This document shows positions 38,763-48,175 of a stretch of 64,000 nucleotides of DNA, one piece after another. Position numbers and translations under genes: made by a program. Origin of the DNA: an uncultured Candidatus Saccharibacteria bacterium (GTDB lineage: Bacteria > Patescibacteriota > Saccharimonadia > Saccharimonadales > JACDBH01); the NCBI GenBank assembly GCA_964641015.1, contig CAZXJN010000001.1, positions 42,733 to 106,732 on the forward strand, given 5' to 3'. Position 1 is the stretch's first letter, and every line of letters begins with the position of its first letter. The notes beneath the pieces are model-generated. The model was not told the origin of the DNA. It made no database searches and saw only the letters and a program-made list of their open reading frames with translations.

Positions 38763-38901
38763 GGCTCTCCGAGAGTGAGGGGGTGGCGCTCGCCACAGGG
38801 ATTTGATGGTCAAACATCAAACCCACCCCGACTCTCTCGGCCTTATCTCACTGCTCTGTCATATTCACTTTTCCCACGATCGTGAGTATTTTGAATATGC
38901 G

Positions 38902-38966
38902 AAATTAAGATTTAGGATTTAGGAAATAGAAAATAGAAATCAGGAATAGGAAAAATGAAATAGGGG
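38902..38966. repeat. Degenerate heptamer tandem repeat
   Basis: AATTAAG ATTTAGG ATTTAGG AAATAGA AAATAGA AATCAGG AATAGGA AAAATGA AATAGGG. Confidence 0.7.
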
Positions 38967-39078
38967 ATATGGGGCTTCCTTCGGAAGCTTACTACTGTCA
39001 AGAAGCCACTTTTCGGTCAAGGGTAATTTGTCCTAATTCGAGGCCTCCATTCTGAAAACGTAACACAACCACTGCTAA

Positions 39079-39200
39079 GTGCGTTCTTTTGAGCCAAGGG
39101 TAATTTTTGGTAAGGCGAAGCACTATTTCGAAAACGTATATCAAATACGATGCAGAAATATCTTTGGCTTACCAAAAATTACCGCTCTCAAAAAACGCAC
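39079..39200. repeat. Long palindromic REP/MITE-like element
   Basis: Arms GTGCGTT.TTTTGAG...GGTAATTTTTGGTAAG and CTTACCAAAAATTACC...CTCAAAAAACGCAC; apical CGTA-tatcaaa-TACG. Confidence 0.75.
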
Positions 39201-39210
39201 GCGCATAAGA

Positions 39211-40818
39211 TTAACCGACGACGCGGTAGACCTCTTCGAGTGTCGTCTCACCCGCAATAACCTTCAAAATCCCTTTTTGTTCTATGGTCAGCATGCCGTC
39301 TTTGGCTGCAGCCGCCTCGATAGATTGTGTTGATTTAACTGCCTGGGGGTTCTCAAGCAGCGCTTTGACATTCGGTGTCATAGTAAACTGCTCACGCAGC
39401 ACAATGCGGCCGGTATAGCCATACGGATTCTCGGGCGAACTGCCAGGGTCGTAGAGTTTGAGGCCGTCAATCTGCGGCGGCTCAAATTCTGCAGGCAATG
39501 TCTTGAGCACTGAGACAATCTTGTTCCATTCAGCTTCAGTAGGATCGCGCTGCTGCTTGAGGCTATCATCGAGCCGTCGTACAAGCCGTTGACCCATCAC
39601 CAGTCTAATAGCTGAAACAAATAGCGGGTTCGCTCCGATAATCTCTTCCATTCGGGTCAGAGCCGCCGCTGCTGAAGAGGCGTGGAAGGTACTCAGTACC
39701 AAATGACCTGTCAGCGAGGCCTGCAACGCTGTTTTGGCAGTTTCGTTATCACGAATTTCACCCACCATCACAATATCAGGATCCAGCCTCAGCACTGCCC
39801 GTAACTTGGCAGCAAAACTGCCGTCATTGCCTGCAGCAGCGGTATCTACGGGTATCTGACTAATGCCCGCAAACTGATACTCCACCGGATCCTCTATGGT
39901 AATAATTTTGCGCTCATCATTATTAAGCGTATTGAGAATCGAATACATCGTGGTGGTTTTGCCTGAGCCGGTTGGTCCCACCACCAGCACTAGTCCGCTT
40001 GGCTTGCTAATAATATCGTCCACTACTGCCCGTTCGGCAGGCTCCAGGCCCAGCTTGTCGAGCGTATAATTTTCCTGGCGCATATTAAACAGACGCATTA
40101 CTACATCAGTGCCATTGACGGTCGGTACCGTTTCCAGACGCACATTCACACGGACAGTACGCTCATCAGCCATTTTGATATTCTGGGATATATGCCCCTG
40201 CTGAGCGTCTGGGTCAGCGCTCGAAATATTACCCGCGCTGGCGATAACCCCCAGTAGCGTGCGATAGCGATCGTGGTCTATCTCGCCAATCGGATGCAGC
40301 ACTCCGTCAATGCGGAACCTAAACCGTGCGTTTTCAGCCTGGGCCTCGATGTGAATATCACTGGCATTGAGATTGTGCGCTTGCTCTACCAAATAGGCGA
40401 GCATATCATCAGGGCGAATTTCTTTGAGCATTCTGCTGACCCGGCTTACCAGGTCTTCACTGCCCCTATCGCTGAGCTCTATGTCTTCGTAGACGACTTG
40501 CTTGGGCGGGTCATACAGCTTCATGTAGTCGCTATAGCTAGTGTCCGATATCAGCGCGAACGACACTTGGTAATCGTTAAACCGCTGCCGCACCTCTTTG
40601 ATAGTTTGCTGAGAGGTAGTGTTTGTCACGCCAAACGTAACTTTTCGCTGGTCAACAATGAGCGGAATCATTCGGTATTGGTGCAGTTCAGGCACACTGA
40701 GAAACTGCAGGTACAACTGCCGGTTGGGCAACTGTGTTGTGTTGATGTATGGCAGCCCCAGTATTTTGGCGCGCCGTGCCGTATTCTGCTCCTCTATGAG
40801 CCTCGCATCCTGAACCAT
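39211..40818 (-). CDS. pilB: GspE/PilB family secretion/pilus assembly ATPase
   Basis: ASDIHIE, GPTGSGKTTT, TIEDPVEY, LRLDPDIVMVGEIRD and TGHLVLSTFH motifs. Confidence 0.9.
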   Translation of the reverse strand: MVQDARLIEEQNTARRAKILGLPYINTTQLPNRQLYLQFLSVPELHQYRMIPLIVDQRKVTFGVTNTTSQQTIKEVRQRFNDYQVSFALISDTSYSDYMKLYDPPKQVVYEDIELSDRGSEDLVSRVSRMLKEIRPDDMLAYLVEQAHNLNASDIHIEAQAENARFRFRIDGVLHPIGEIDHDRYRTLLGVIASAGNISSADPDAQQGHISQNIKMADERTVRVNVRLETVPTVNGTDVVMRLFNMRQENYTLDKLGLEPAERAVVDDIISKPSGLVLVVGPTGSGKTTTMYSILNTLNNDERKIITIEDPVEYQFAGISQIPVDTAAAGNDGSFAAKLRAVLRLDPDIVMVGEIRDNETAKTALQASLTGHLVLSTFHASSAAAALTRMEEIIGANPLFVSAIRLVMGQRLVRRLDDSLKQQRDPTEAEWNKIVSVLKTLPAEFEPPQIDGLKLYDPGSSPENPYGYTGRIVLREQFTMTPNVKALLENPQAVKSTQSIEAAAAKDGMLTIEQKGILKVIAGETTLEEVYRVVG

Positions 40819-40948
40819 AGCCTTATTATAACCATAAGTGCTACGGTTCTAAAACACGGATTTGCCCCGTGTATATTTCCTCCGTTGCAAACTGGGGATA
40901 CTCTTAGAGTGTTTGGACATATGAAGCTGTCGTCTTAGTATAAAATGA

Positions 40949-41443
40949 ATGACAGATATCTGCATCATCGCGCACGATATGCGCAGCACCCATAATGTCG
41001 GCTCGCTGTTGCGGACCGCGGAGGGGCTAGGAGTAACAAAGGTGTACCTGACTGGCTACAGTCCCTACCCTCTTAGGCCAACTGACTCTCGGCTGCCGCA
41101 CATCGCAAGCAAGCTTGACGCACAGATTACAAAAGTCGCGCTGGGCGCAGAGAGGCTGCAGCCATGGGAGCACCAAGAAGATGTAGCCAAACTGATAGAC
41201 CGGCTGAAGCGTGATGGCTACACGGTGGCTGCACTGGAACAATCCGAGGACTCGATCCCGTTGCCAACGTACCGCCCGCCGCAGCGTATAGCCCTGCTGC
41301 TTGGTACAGAGGTGACAGGGCTCGATAAGGCTGTTCTCAAGCTTTGCGACAAGATACTAGAAATACCAATGCTTGGCCAAAAAGAATCGTTTAATGTTGT
41401 ACAGGCAGCAGCGATGGCGTTGTATCACCTGCGTTTTTGCTAG
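40949..41443 (+). CDS. TrmH/SpoU family RNA methyltransferase
   Basis: HNVGSLLRTA, GTEVTG and EIPMLGQKESFNV motifs. Confidence 0.9.
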   Translation: MTDICIIAHDMRSTHNVGSLLRTAEGLGVTKVYLTGYSPYPLRPTDSRLPHIASKLDAQITKVALGAERLQPWEHQEDVAKLIDRLKRDGYTVAALEQSEDSIPLPTYRPPQRIALLLGTEVTGLDKAVLKLCDKILEIPMLGQKESFNVVQAAAMALYHLRFC

Positions 41444-41500
41444 CGTTTAATCATATTTCTTACTATACTGGTGAAAGACAGGCAAACTTATCGCATACCT

Positions 41501-42541
41501 ATGAGAAAACACAGACACAAACACAAAAAACCGACTCGACAACATCGGTCACACCGCTCTCAGAGAACCCTAAAAAGCTCGTACCTCATTAAACGGCTCA
41601 AGTATTTTCCTGCTATTGCTATCACACTGGCTGCCAGTGTGCTCTGGGCGCAGCCGCAGTTCGGGTTTTTGCAGCATGACCGTGGAGTACTCGCGTATGC
41701 GACCAATGTGAGCGTTGCTGGACTACTGGATGCCACTAATACGCAGCGCAGCGCTAACAGTGTTGGTTTGCTGAGTGAAAATGCGCAGCTGAATGCGGCT
41801 GCTCAGGCAAAAGCTAATGACATGGTAGCCCGAGACTATTGGTCGCACCAGACGCCGGATGGGGAGCAGCCATGGGTATTTATTACCAATGCCGGTTATC
41901 ACTACCTATCTGCAGGCGAAAACTTGGCCTACGGATTCATGACGAGCAGCTCTACGGTAACTGGCTGGATGAACAGTCCACCTCACAAAGCCAACCTGCT
42001 TTCGCCTACCTTCACTGAAGTTGGCTTCGGTATTGCTAACAGCCCAAGCTACGTCGGCAATGGCCCGCAGACTATTGTAGTGGCCATGTATGGCAAGCCG
42101 CAAGTACTGGCTGCCACGCCTGCTCCTGCCGCCCCCCAGCCAACTAAGCCCGAACCTGTGCAGTCTGCTGAGAGCACCCCTAAAGCACCAGAGCCAGCCG
42201 CTGAAGAAATTATCCAGGAAAAGCCAACTCCTGAGAATAATATAAAAACCGAACCAATTGCTATATCCACTATCGACAGCGACACACCAGTCGCAGGAAG
42301 CACCAACGTACAACGCATCCAAGTGATGACCGGCGGCAGCGCAGTCTGGAGCGCGACTTTTGTGATACTGGGAGTGTGCGCTGTTGGCTTGCTGTGGCTA
42401 ATCCACCGCGGCTTTCGGTTCCGCTACTGGCTCAAGGCAAGTGAACGATTTATTGGCAAGCATCTTTACCTTGACCTTACCGTGCTGTCGATCATTTATC
42501 TTGGATTTGTGCTGCTAAGTAGTAGCGGCACTATCCGTTAA
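41501..42541 (+). CDS. CAP (SCP) domain membrane protein
   Basis: AAQAKANDM...YWSH, AGENLA and WMNSPPHKANLL motifs; Pro-rich linker and C-terminal TMs; start uncertain (41471 or 41501). Confidence 0.88.
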   Translation: MRKHRHKHKKPTRQHRSHRSQRTLKSSYLIKRLKYFPAIAITLAASVLWAQPQFGFLQHDRGVLAYATNVSVAGLLDATNTQRSANSVGLLSENAQLNAAAQAKANDMVARDYWSHQTPDGEQPWVFITNAGYHYLSAGENLAYGFMTSSSTVTGWMNSPPHKANLLSPTFTEVGFGIANSPSYVGNGPQTIVVAMYGKPQVLAATPAPAAPQPTKPEPVQSAESTPKAPEPAAEEIIQEKPTPENNIKTEPIAISTIDSDTPVAGSTNVQRIQVMTGGSAVWSATFVILGVCAVGLLWLIHRGFRFRYWLKASERFIGKHLYLDLTVLSIIYLGFVLLSSSGTIR

Positions 42542-42551
42542 GCAAGCCATA

Positions 42552-45500
42552 TTACTGCAGAACCACATGATCGTCTCCCACCAGCTGCTTGAGGCTGGTG
42601 AGGGCTGATGACTCTGGACGAACGCCGCCTGGTAGCTTGATGATTTGCTTCTTGCTGGCCGCGCCTAATACAAGCACTACCTCTGTCTCGCCTGCATGTG
42701 CGTCGATAATATTTTTTAGCCCCACAAGCTGCTCCTGATCGCTGCTATCCACCAGCCTGATATAGAGGCGTTTTTGAGCGGAGGCGGATACTGCAGCGGT
42801 GCTCACCTTGAGCTTTGCGGTCCGGCCTTTGCCAGGTAATTTTACTGTTTTACCTGTCGGCTGGTACGCTTCGGCCTGCTCGACTGTAATCTCCCGAGCT
42901 TCATCTACGAGGACTTTCATGTCTGGCAGCACTTCGCCTGTCTGGCGGTCGCGCGCATTTAACTTGCCCCTGACAAGCACCACCCTGTCGCGCTCCCATA
43001 TACCGCTTGTTTGCTGGTAGGCGCTTGGAAACAAAACAAGCTCAATCTCTGAAAGAAGATCCCCGATCTTTACGAAGGCCATTTTTTGGCCATTTTTGGT
43101 GGTAATTTCACGCATCTCCTGAATAGCACCACCTACCACCACTGTTTTGCCATCCATATCGGTCTCTAGGTCTTTGATGGGCATTGTTAGCTCGCTCAGG
43201 TAGTTTTCGAATGTCTTGAGCGGGTGCTGGGACAAATAGAGCCCCAGAAGTTCACGCTCCCACTTGAGCTGTTCGTGCTGATTATATTCAACTGCGGCAG
43301 GCTCGAGGGTTATCCGAGCATCGATTCCTGCCACATCCTCATCGCCAAACAGGCTTCCCTGGCCAGCGGCGCGTTCCTTTTGCAGCCGCTGAGCGTAAGC
43401 CAGCATGAGGTCGGCATTATGCAGAAGCTGACTGCGATTTCCAAAACGATCAAAGGCGCCGGCCTTGATCAAACTTTCGACTGATTTTTTGTTGAATACC
43501 CGCGGATTAACTCGCGAGAACACATCTTCGAGCTTGGTAAAGCCGCCGTCTTTGCGCGCCCGAAGCAGCTCTTCTACCGCATTTGACCCTACATTCTTTA
43601 CAGCGTTCATGCCAAACCTAATTTGGTTCTTGTGCGGTACCACTGCAAACTCTGGATATGATTCGTTGACATCAGGCGGTAGCACCTCTATCCCCATATG
43701 AGCACATTCATTTATTTCTATGGCTAATCGATCGATGTCATCCGCATCGCTGGTCATGAGCGCTGCCATGAAAGCGTCCGGATAGTGCGCCTTGAGATAG
43801 GCCGTCCAGTACGCAATCATTGCGTAGCAAGCTGCGTGAGACTTGTTGAAACAGTAATTTGCAAACTCTTCCAGCTGCGCCCAGAACTTCTCCATGAGCG
43901 CGCGATCAGCATTTGAATGCTTGACCGCGCCTTCGATAAACTCCGGCTTTACTTTCTTCATCATTTCCATGATTTTCTTGCCCACGGCCTTGCGCAGGGT
44001 GTCAGCCTGTCCGCCCGTAAAGCCCGCCAGGTCTTTGGAGATTTGCATAAACTGCTCTTGGTAGACCAGGATGCCGTAGGTGCTTGAGAGTGCGTTCTCC
44101 ATTTTTGGATGCAGGTAGCTGATCTTTTCCTCGCCATGCTTGCGCTTAATAAAACTATCAATAAACTGCATCGGACCTGGCCGATAGAGCGCTACCATCG
44201 CAATGATGTCATCAAAGACGGTCGGCTTTAACTCCTTGAGATAGCGCTTCATGCCTGCGGATTCCAGCTGGAACACTCCGGTGGTGTCGCCACGTTGAAA
44301 CAACTCAAAAGTCTTTGTATCGTCCAGCGGAATTTCATCCAAGTTAATTGCTGTGCCATAGACGCGTTTAATAATACGCTGTGCGTTGCGAATAATTGTC
44401 AGGTTAGACAGGCCAAGAAAGTCCATCTTGAGCAAGCCCAGATCCTCAACTGGGCCCATCGGGTACTGGGTAGCAATGACATCTTGCTTGGTGCCGTCTG
44501 CCAATGTAACCTGCTTGGAGGCCCTCTCAAGGGGGATGTATTTGACAATATCGTCTGGTGCAATTACCACGCCGGCTGCGTGGACGCCGTGGCTGCGGAT
44601 TGTTCCCTCCAGCCTGATTGCAAGATCAATGACTCGCTTGGCTGTTTCACTGGTTTCGTACTCTTTCTTTAGGTCGGCGTCCTCAACAATACTTTTTGCA
44701 AGCGGCACATGACGGCCCTGCACCGGCGGAGGAATTAATTTAGCAATACGATCAGCCTCCGCATATGGCACCTCAAGCACGCGGGCCACATCACGCACGG
44801 CAGCTCGTGCCGCCATCGTACCGAACGTCACAATATTTGCTACTTGGTCACGACCATATTTATTGGCACAGTATTCTATAACTTCATTACGGCGCGTATC
44901 CTGGATGTCGATATCGATATCCGGCATGCTGATACGATCAGGGTTTAAGAACCGCTCAAACAGCAAGTCATATTTGATAGGATCAAGCTCGGTGATGCGA
45001 GTAGCATACGCAACGATTGAGCCTGCAGCCGACCCGCGGCCTGGGCCAAACACAATACCTTGATCCTTTCCCCAGTTCACAAAATCTTGCACGATCAAGA
45101 AATATCCGTTAAAGCCCATCCGCTCAATTACCTCTAGCTCGTACTCTGTTCGAGCGAGCACTTCTTTGCTCAAGGTTTTCTTTGCGTCCTCCATTGTCAT
45201 TCGCTTAGCTTTGGCCTCTTCGACCCCTCCATAGCGCCAGGCGAGCCCGCGATATACTAGCTTGTGCAGATAGCTTTTCTCGTCGTCGGATTCAGGAACT
45301 GGAAATTTTGGGATATGTATACCACCCAAAGAAAGCTCAACATCACAACGGTCTGCAATTGCCTTAGTGTTAGTTATAACCTCCGGATGCTCACTACCCC
45401 ACCGCGCAATAATATTTGCTGAATTTTCGACATGCAGTGGAAATTCTTTTAGGCTCATACGGTTTGTATCGCTCAAAAATGCGCCCGTGCCCACGCAAAG

Positions 45501-46208
45501 CAGCGCCTCATGAGCTTCTTGGTCTTCATGGTTTAGATAGTGCGCATCACAGGTAACCACTACTGGAATGTCCAACTTTTTGCCAAGCGCTAAAATCGCT
45601 TCGTTTATCTCTTGCTGTTCCTGGCTGTGTACGGGGTTGTCAGGGTGGCCATGGTCTTGGATTTCAAGATAGTACCGATCGCCAAATACTGACTTATACC
45701 AGCTGGCAATCTCTTCTGCTTTTTCCGCCTGGCCGTTCTTGAACGCTTGACCGAGCTCGCTCCCCATACAGGCGCTGAGTACAATCAGTCCTTCGTTGTA
45801 CTTCTCTAGCAATTCATGGTCAACTCGCGGAAAATAGTAAAACCCGTCTAGGTTCGCGATGGTAGACAGCCGCATGAGGTTCTCATATCCCTGATTGTTC
45901 ATGGCAATCAGAATCAAATGATAGCGCTGCTTGTCCTTTTGCGGATCTTTGTCGGTATGCTTTCTGTTGGCCACGTATGTTTCGATACCAATGAGCGGCT
46001 TTATGCTCTCTGCCTGAGCCGCCTTATAAAAGTCCACGGTGCCCGACAGCGTGCCGTGATCTGTCATCGCGACGGCCTGCATGCCATCATTCTTTATAAA
46101 CTCTACCAGCTGGGGGATCTTGGTGAGTCCGTCCAGCAAACTATACTGTGTGTGATTGTGCAGATGCACAAAATCACTAGCCTGTAATGCTTTGTTACCC
46201 TTAGCCAT
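42552..46208 (-). CDS. dnaE: DNA polymerase III alpha subunit
   Basis: HLHNHTQYSLLDG PHP motif; GRGSAAGS, PDIDID, KMDFLGL and FNKSH. Confidence 0.98.
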   Translation of the reverse strand: MAKGNKALQASDFVHLHNHTQYSLLDGLTKIPQLVEFIKNDGMQAVAMTDHGTLSGTVDFYKAAQAESIKPLIGIETYVANRKHTDKDPQKDKQRYHLILIAMNNQGYENLMRLSTIANLDGFYYFPRVDHELLEKYNEGLIVLSACMGSELGQAFKNGQAEKAEEIASWYKSVFGDRYYLEIQDHGHPDNPVHSQEQQEINEAILALGKKLDIPVVVTCDAHYLNHEDQEAHEALLCVGTGAFLSDTNRMSLKEFPLHVENSANIIARWGSEHPEVITNTKAIADRCDVELSLGGIHIPKFPVPESDDEKSYLHKLVYRGLAWRYGGVEEAKAKRMTMEDAKKTLSKEVLARTEYELEVIERMGFNGYFLIVQDFVNWGKDQGIVFGPGRGSAAGSIVAYATRITELDPIKYDLLFERFLNPDRISMPDIDIDIQDTRRNEVIEYCANKYGRDQVANIVTFGTMAARAAVRDVARVLEVPYAEADRIAKLIPPPVQGRHVPLAKSIVEDADLKKEYETSETAKRVIDLAIRLEGTIRSHGVHAAGVVIAPDDIVKYIPLERASKQVTLADGTKQDVIATQYPMGPVEDLGLLKMDFLGLSNLTIIRNAQRIIKRVYGTAINLDEIPLDDTKTFELFQRGDTTGVFQLESAGMKRYLKELKPTVFDDIIAMVALYRPGPMQFIDSFIKRKHGEEKISYLHPKMENALSSTYGILVYQEQFMQISKDLAGFTGGQADTLRKAVGKKIMEMMKKVKPEFIEGAVKHSNADRALMEKFWAQLEEFANYCFNKSHAACYAMIAYWTAYLKAHYPDAFMAALMTSDADDIDRLAIEINECAHMGIEVLPPDVNESYPEFAVVPHKNQIRFGMNAVKNVGSNAVEELLRARKDGGFTKLEDVFSRVNPRVFNKKSVESLIKAGAFDRFGNRSQLLHNADLMLAYAQRLQKERAAGQGSLFGDEDVAGIDARITLEPAAVEYNQHEQLKWERELLGLYLSQHPLKTFENYLSELTMPIKDLETDMDGKTVVVGGAIQEMREITTKNGQKMAFVKIGDLLSEIELVLFPSAYQQTSGIWERDRVVLVRGKLNARDRQTGEVLPDMKVLVDEAREITVEQAEAYQPTGKTVKLPGKGRTAKLKVSTAAVSASAQKRLYIRLVDSSDQEQLVGLKNIIDAHAGETEVVLVLGAASKKQIIKLPGGVRPESSALTSLKQLVGDDHVVLQ

Positions 46209-46255
46209 TTCCTACCTAGTATAGGCTATTTTTACGGGTAAATTTGTTGTAATAA

Positions 46256-46534
46256 CTACCGAGGGTTTCGCTCAACGGCGCGTTGCACTTGTTCAACAAT
46301 CGTACCAATCAGCGGCAGCTCATCAAATAGCGACAGTATCCAGATAAGCAAGGCGACTAAAATCGTTGCTCCAACCACGCCGCCGAGCCCTTGGAACAAT
46401 CCTTTGATAAACGACATCCGGTAACTTTTTGCCGCATCCAAATAACCCGTTTCATATACCGCCGCCACGATCCGACCCAACTCCTCATATTGCTTTTGTG
46501 TGAGTTTTTTGGGAGTGTCGGATTTTTTTGACAT
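46256..46534 (-). CDS. Small membrane protein (DUF5665-like)
   Basis: SFIKGLFQGLGGVVGATI glycine-rich TM segment. Confidence 0.7.
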   Translation of the reverse strand: MSKKSDTPKKLTQKQYEELGRIVAAVYETGYLDAAKSYRMSFIKGLFQGLGGVVGATILVALLIWILSLFDELPLIGTIVEQVQRAVERNPR

Positions 46535-46553
46535 GCGACTCAAAGAGGGGGGT

Positions 46554-46961
46554 TTATTTTGCTTTGACGTACTTCTCAAGGTGCTTGAGCGCATCTTTGG
46601 CATCCTTGAGCGCTTGCTTGAGCTCCGGATCATCCGCATCACCTTCGTGCAATGCGCTCAATATTTCACGGACCTTTTCGCGTACACTGTCGGCCGAATC
46701 AACCACTTTATCAAACTCTTCACGAGCCTTACCGCTAAGCTTGGCTCCCTTTTTCTTGGCTTCAATCAATCTTTCGTTCAGCTCACTGTGCAATACTTTG
46801 AGCTTCTTTTCCGCCTCGGTTTTTGCTTTGATTGCTGTATTTTTGATATCCTGCCTGGTTTCTTTGCCGCTCTTTGGAGCTGTCAGCACCCCTGCAACAT
46901 ACCCTACGACACCGGCAACCGCCGCGCCGATTGCAACCTTTTTGCCTACTTCCTTAGACAT
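46554..46961 (-). CDS. YtxH domain-containing protein
   Basis: GAAVAGVVGYVAGVLTAPKSGKETR signature. Confidence 0.88.
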   Translation of the reverse strand: MSKEVGKKVAIGAAVAGVVGYVAGVLTAPKSGKETRQDIKNTAIKAKTEAEKKLKVLHSELNERLIEAKKKGAKLSGKAREEFDKVVDSADSVREKVREILSALHEGDADDPELKQALKDAKDALKHLEKYVKAK

Positions 46962-46963
46962 AC

Positions 46964-47224
46964 TTAGCCCTTTCTCTTTTTTTTGCTTGTTACCATCTCC
47001 ACGATATTCATAATCACTTTGCCTGCCGCCAAAGGACCGGCAGCATTCTTGAAGGCGTGAGCCGCTGACTCCACGCTGTCAATCACTGTATCGGCTGATT
47101 CTGCAATACGTTTGATGGTTTTGGTCAGTTTTATAAGGACAACCATTAGTGCGATTCCCAACAAGAGAAAAATGGTAAGGACGGTGGCGAGTATGATGAC
47201 TAGTATCTCTGCTGCGTTTTCCAT
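46964..47224 (-). CDS. Small membrane/coiled-coil protein (DUF948-like)
   Basis: N-terminal TM then helical region; directly precedes the YtxH gene; leaderless-type promoter. Confidence 0.75.
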   Translation of the reverse strand: MENAAEILVIILATVLTIFLLLGIALMVVLIKLTKTIKRIAESADTVIDSVESAAHAFKNAAGPLAAGKVIMNIVEMVTSKKKRKG

Positions 47225-47274
47225 ACCTTTTAGTATACAGCACTTAGCAAGCTGCGAAGAAAAAGTCTTCCAGC

Positions 47275-48174
47275 CTAAGAGTCAGAACCGAGCCGCGCCT
47301 GCAGGTGCGCCCGAAAATCATCGCCAAGCTCATGATGCTCCAAAGCAAAGTCAACAACTGTCTTGAGGTACTCAAGCTTGTTGCCGGTGTCGTAGTACAC
47401 GCCGCCGGGAACCTCGTAGCCGTACATTTTATGACCGTCATCGATCATGTGCTGCATGCTGATTTGCTGGTTGAATTCCATATCTTCTGCCAATGTCTCT
47501 TTCTGTCGATGCAAATATTCAAAAATCACCGGTTCGAATATGTAGCCGCTCACTGATGCAATGTCAGACGGTGCGCTATCACGGCTGCCCGGCTTTTCTA
47601 CGATATGATCCATCGCAGTCACTCCAGGCTCTATCTCCGTACCGCCTATAAATCCGTACCGCTTAAAATCATCTTCTGACTTAGCACGTACACATGTCAG
47701 TACTGATCCGTTCAGACGTTCATACAAATCCACCATCTGTTTGAATCTAGCCGGAGTAGCTTTGACAAAATCATCAGCAAAAGCATAAATAAACGGCTCA
47801 TTGCCGAGCAAGTGCTCCGCATTGAGCAAGGGGGTCGCATTACCATAGGGGCCCTTTTGCCTAATATATACAAAGTTTGCAAGATCTGATATTTTTTTGG
47901 TCTCTTCAAGCAACTCGTATTTGCCGCCCTGCTTGAGATTGGCGCGCAAATCAGCACTCAAATGATCAAAATGGTCCTCAATCGAGCGCTTGTGGTAGCC
48001 AGTGACGATAATAATATCTTCAATACCGGCTTCTACCAACTCTTCAACAATATACTGGATGATAGGCTTATCGATCAGCGGCAGCATTTCTTTAGGCATC
48101 GCTTTGGTTTGCGGTAGGAAACGCGTACCAAACCCTGCGGCTGCAATCACTGCTTTTCGTACTTGTCGTGTCAT
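47275..48174 (-). CDS. galU: UTP--glucose-1-phosphate uridylyltransferase
   Basis: KAVIAAAGFGTRFLPQTKAMPKEMLP and VEKP motifs. Confidence 0.93.
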   Translation of the reverse strand: MTRQVRKAVIAAAGFGTRFLPQTKAMPKEMLPLIDKPIIQYIVEELVEAGIEDIIIVTGYHKRSIEDHFDHLSADLRANLKQGGKYELLEETKKISDLANFVYIRQKGPYGNATPLLNAEHLLGNEPFIYAFADDFVKATPARFKQMVDLYERLNGSVLTCVRAKSEDDFKRYGFIGGTEIEPGVTAMDHIVEKPGSRDSAPSDIASVSGYIFEPVIFEYLHRQKETLAEDMEFNQQISMQHMIDDGHKMYGYEVPGGVYYDTGNKLEYLKTVVDFALEHHELGDDFRAHLQARLGSDS

Positions 48175-48175
48175 A

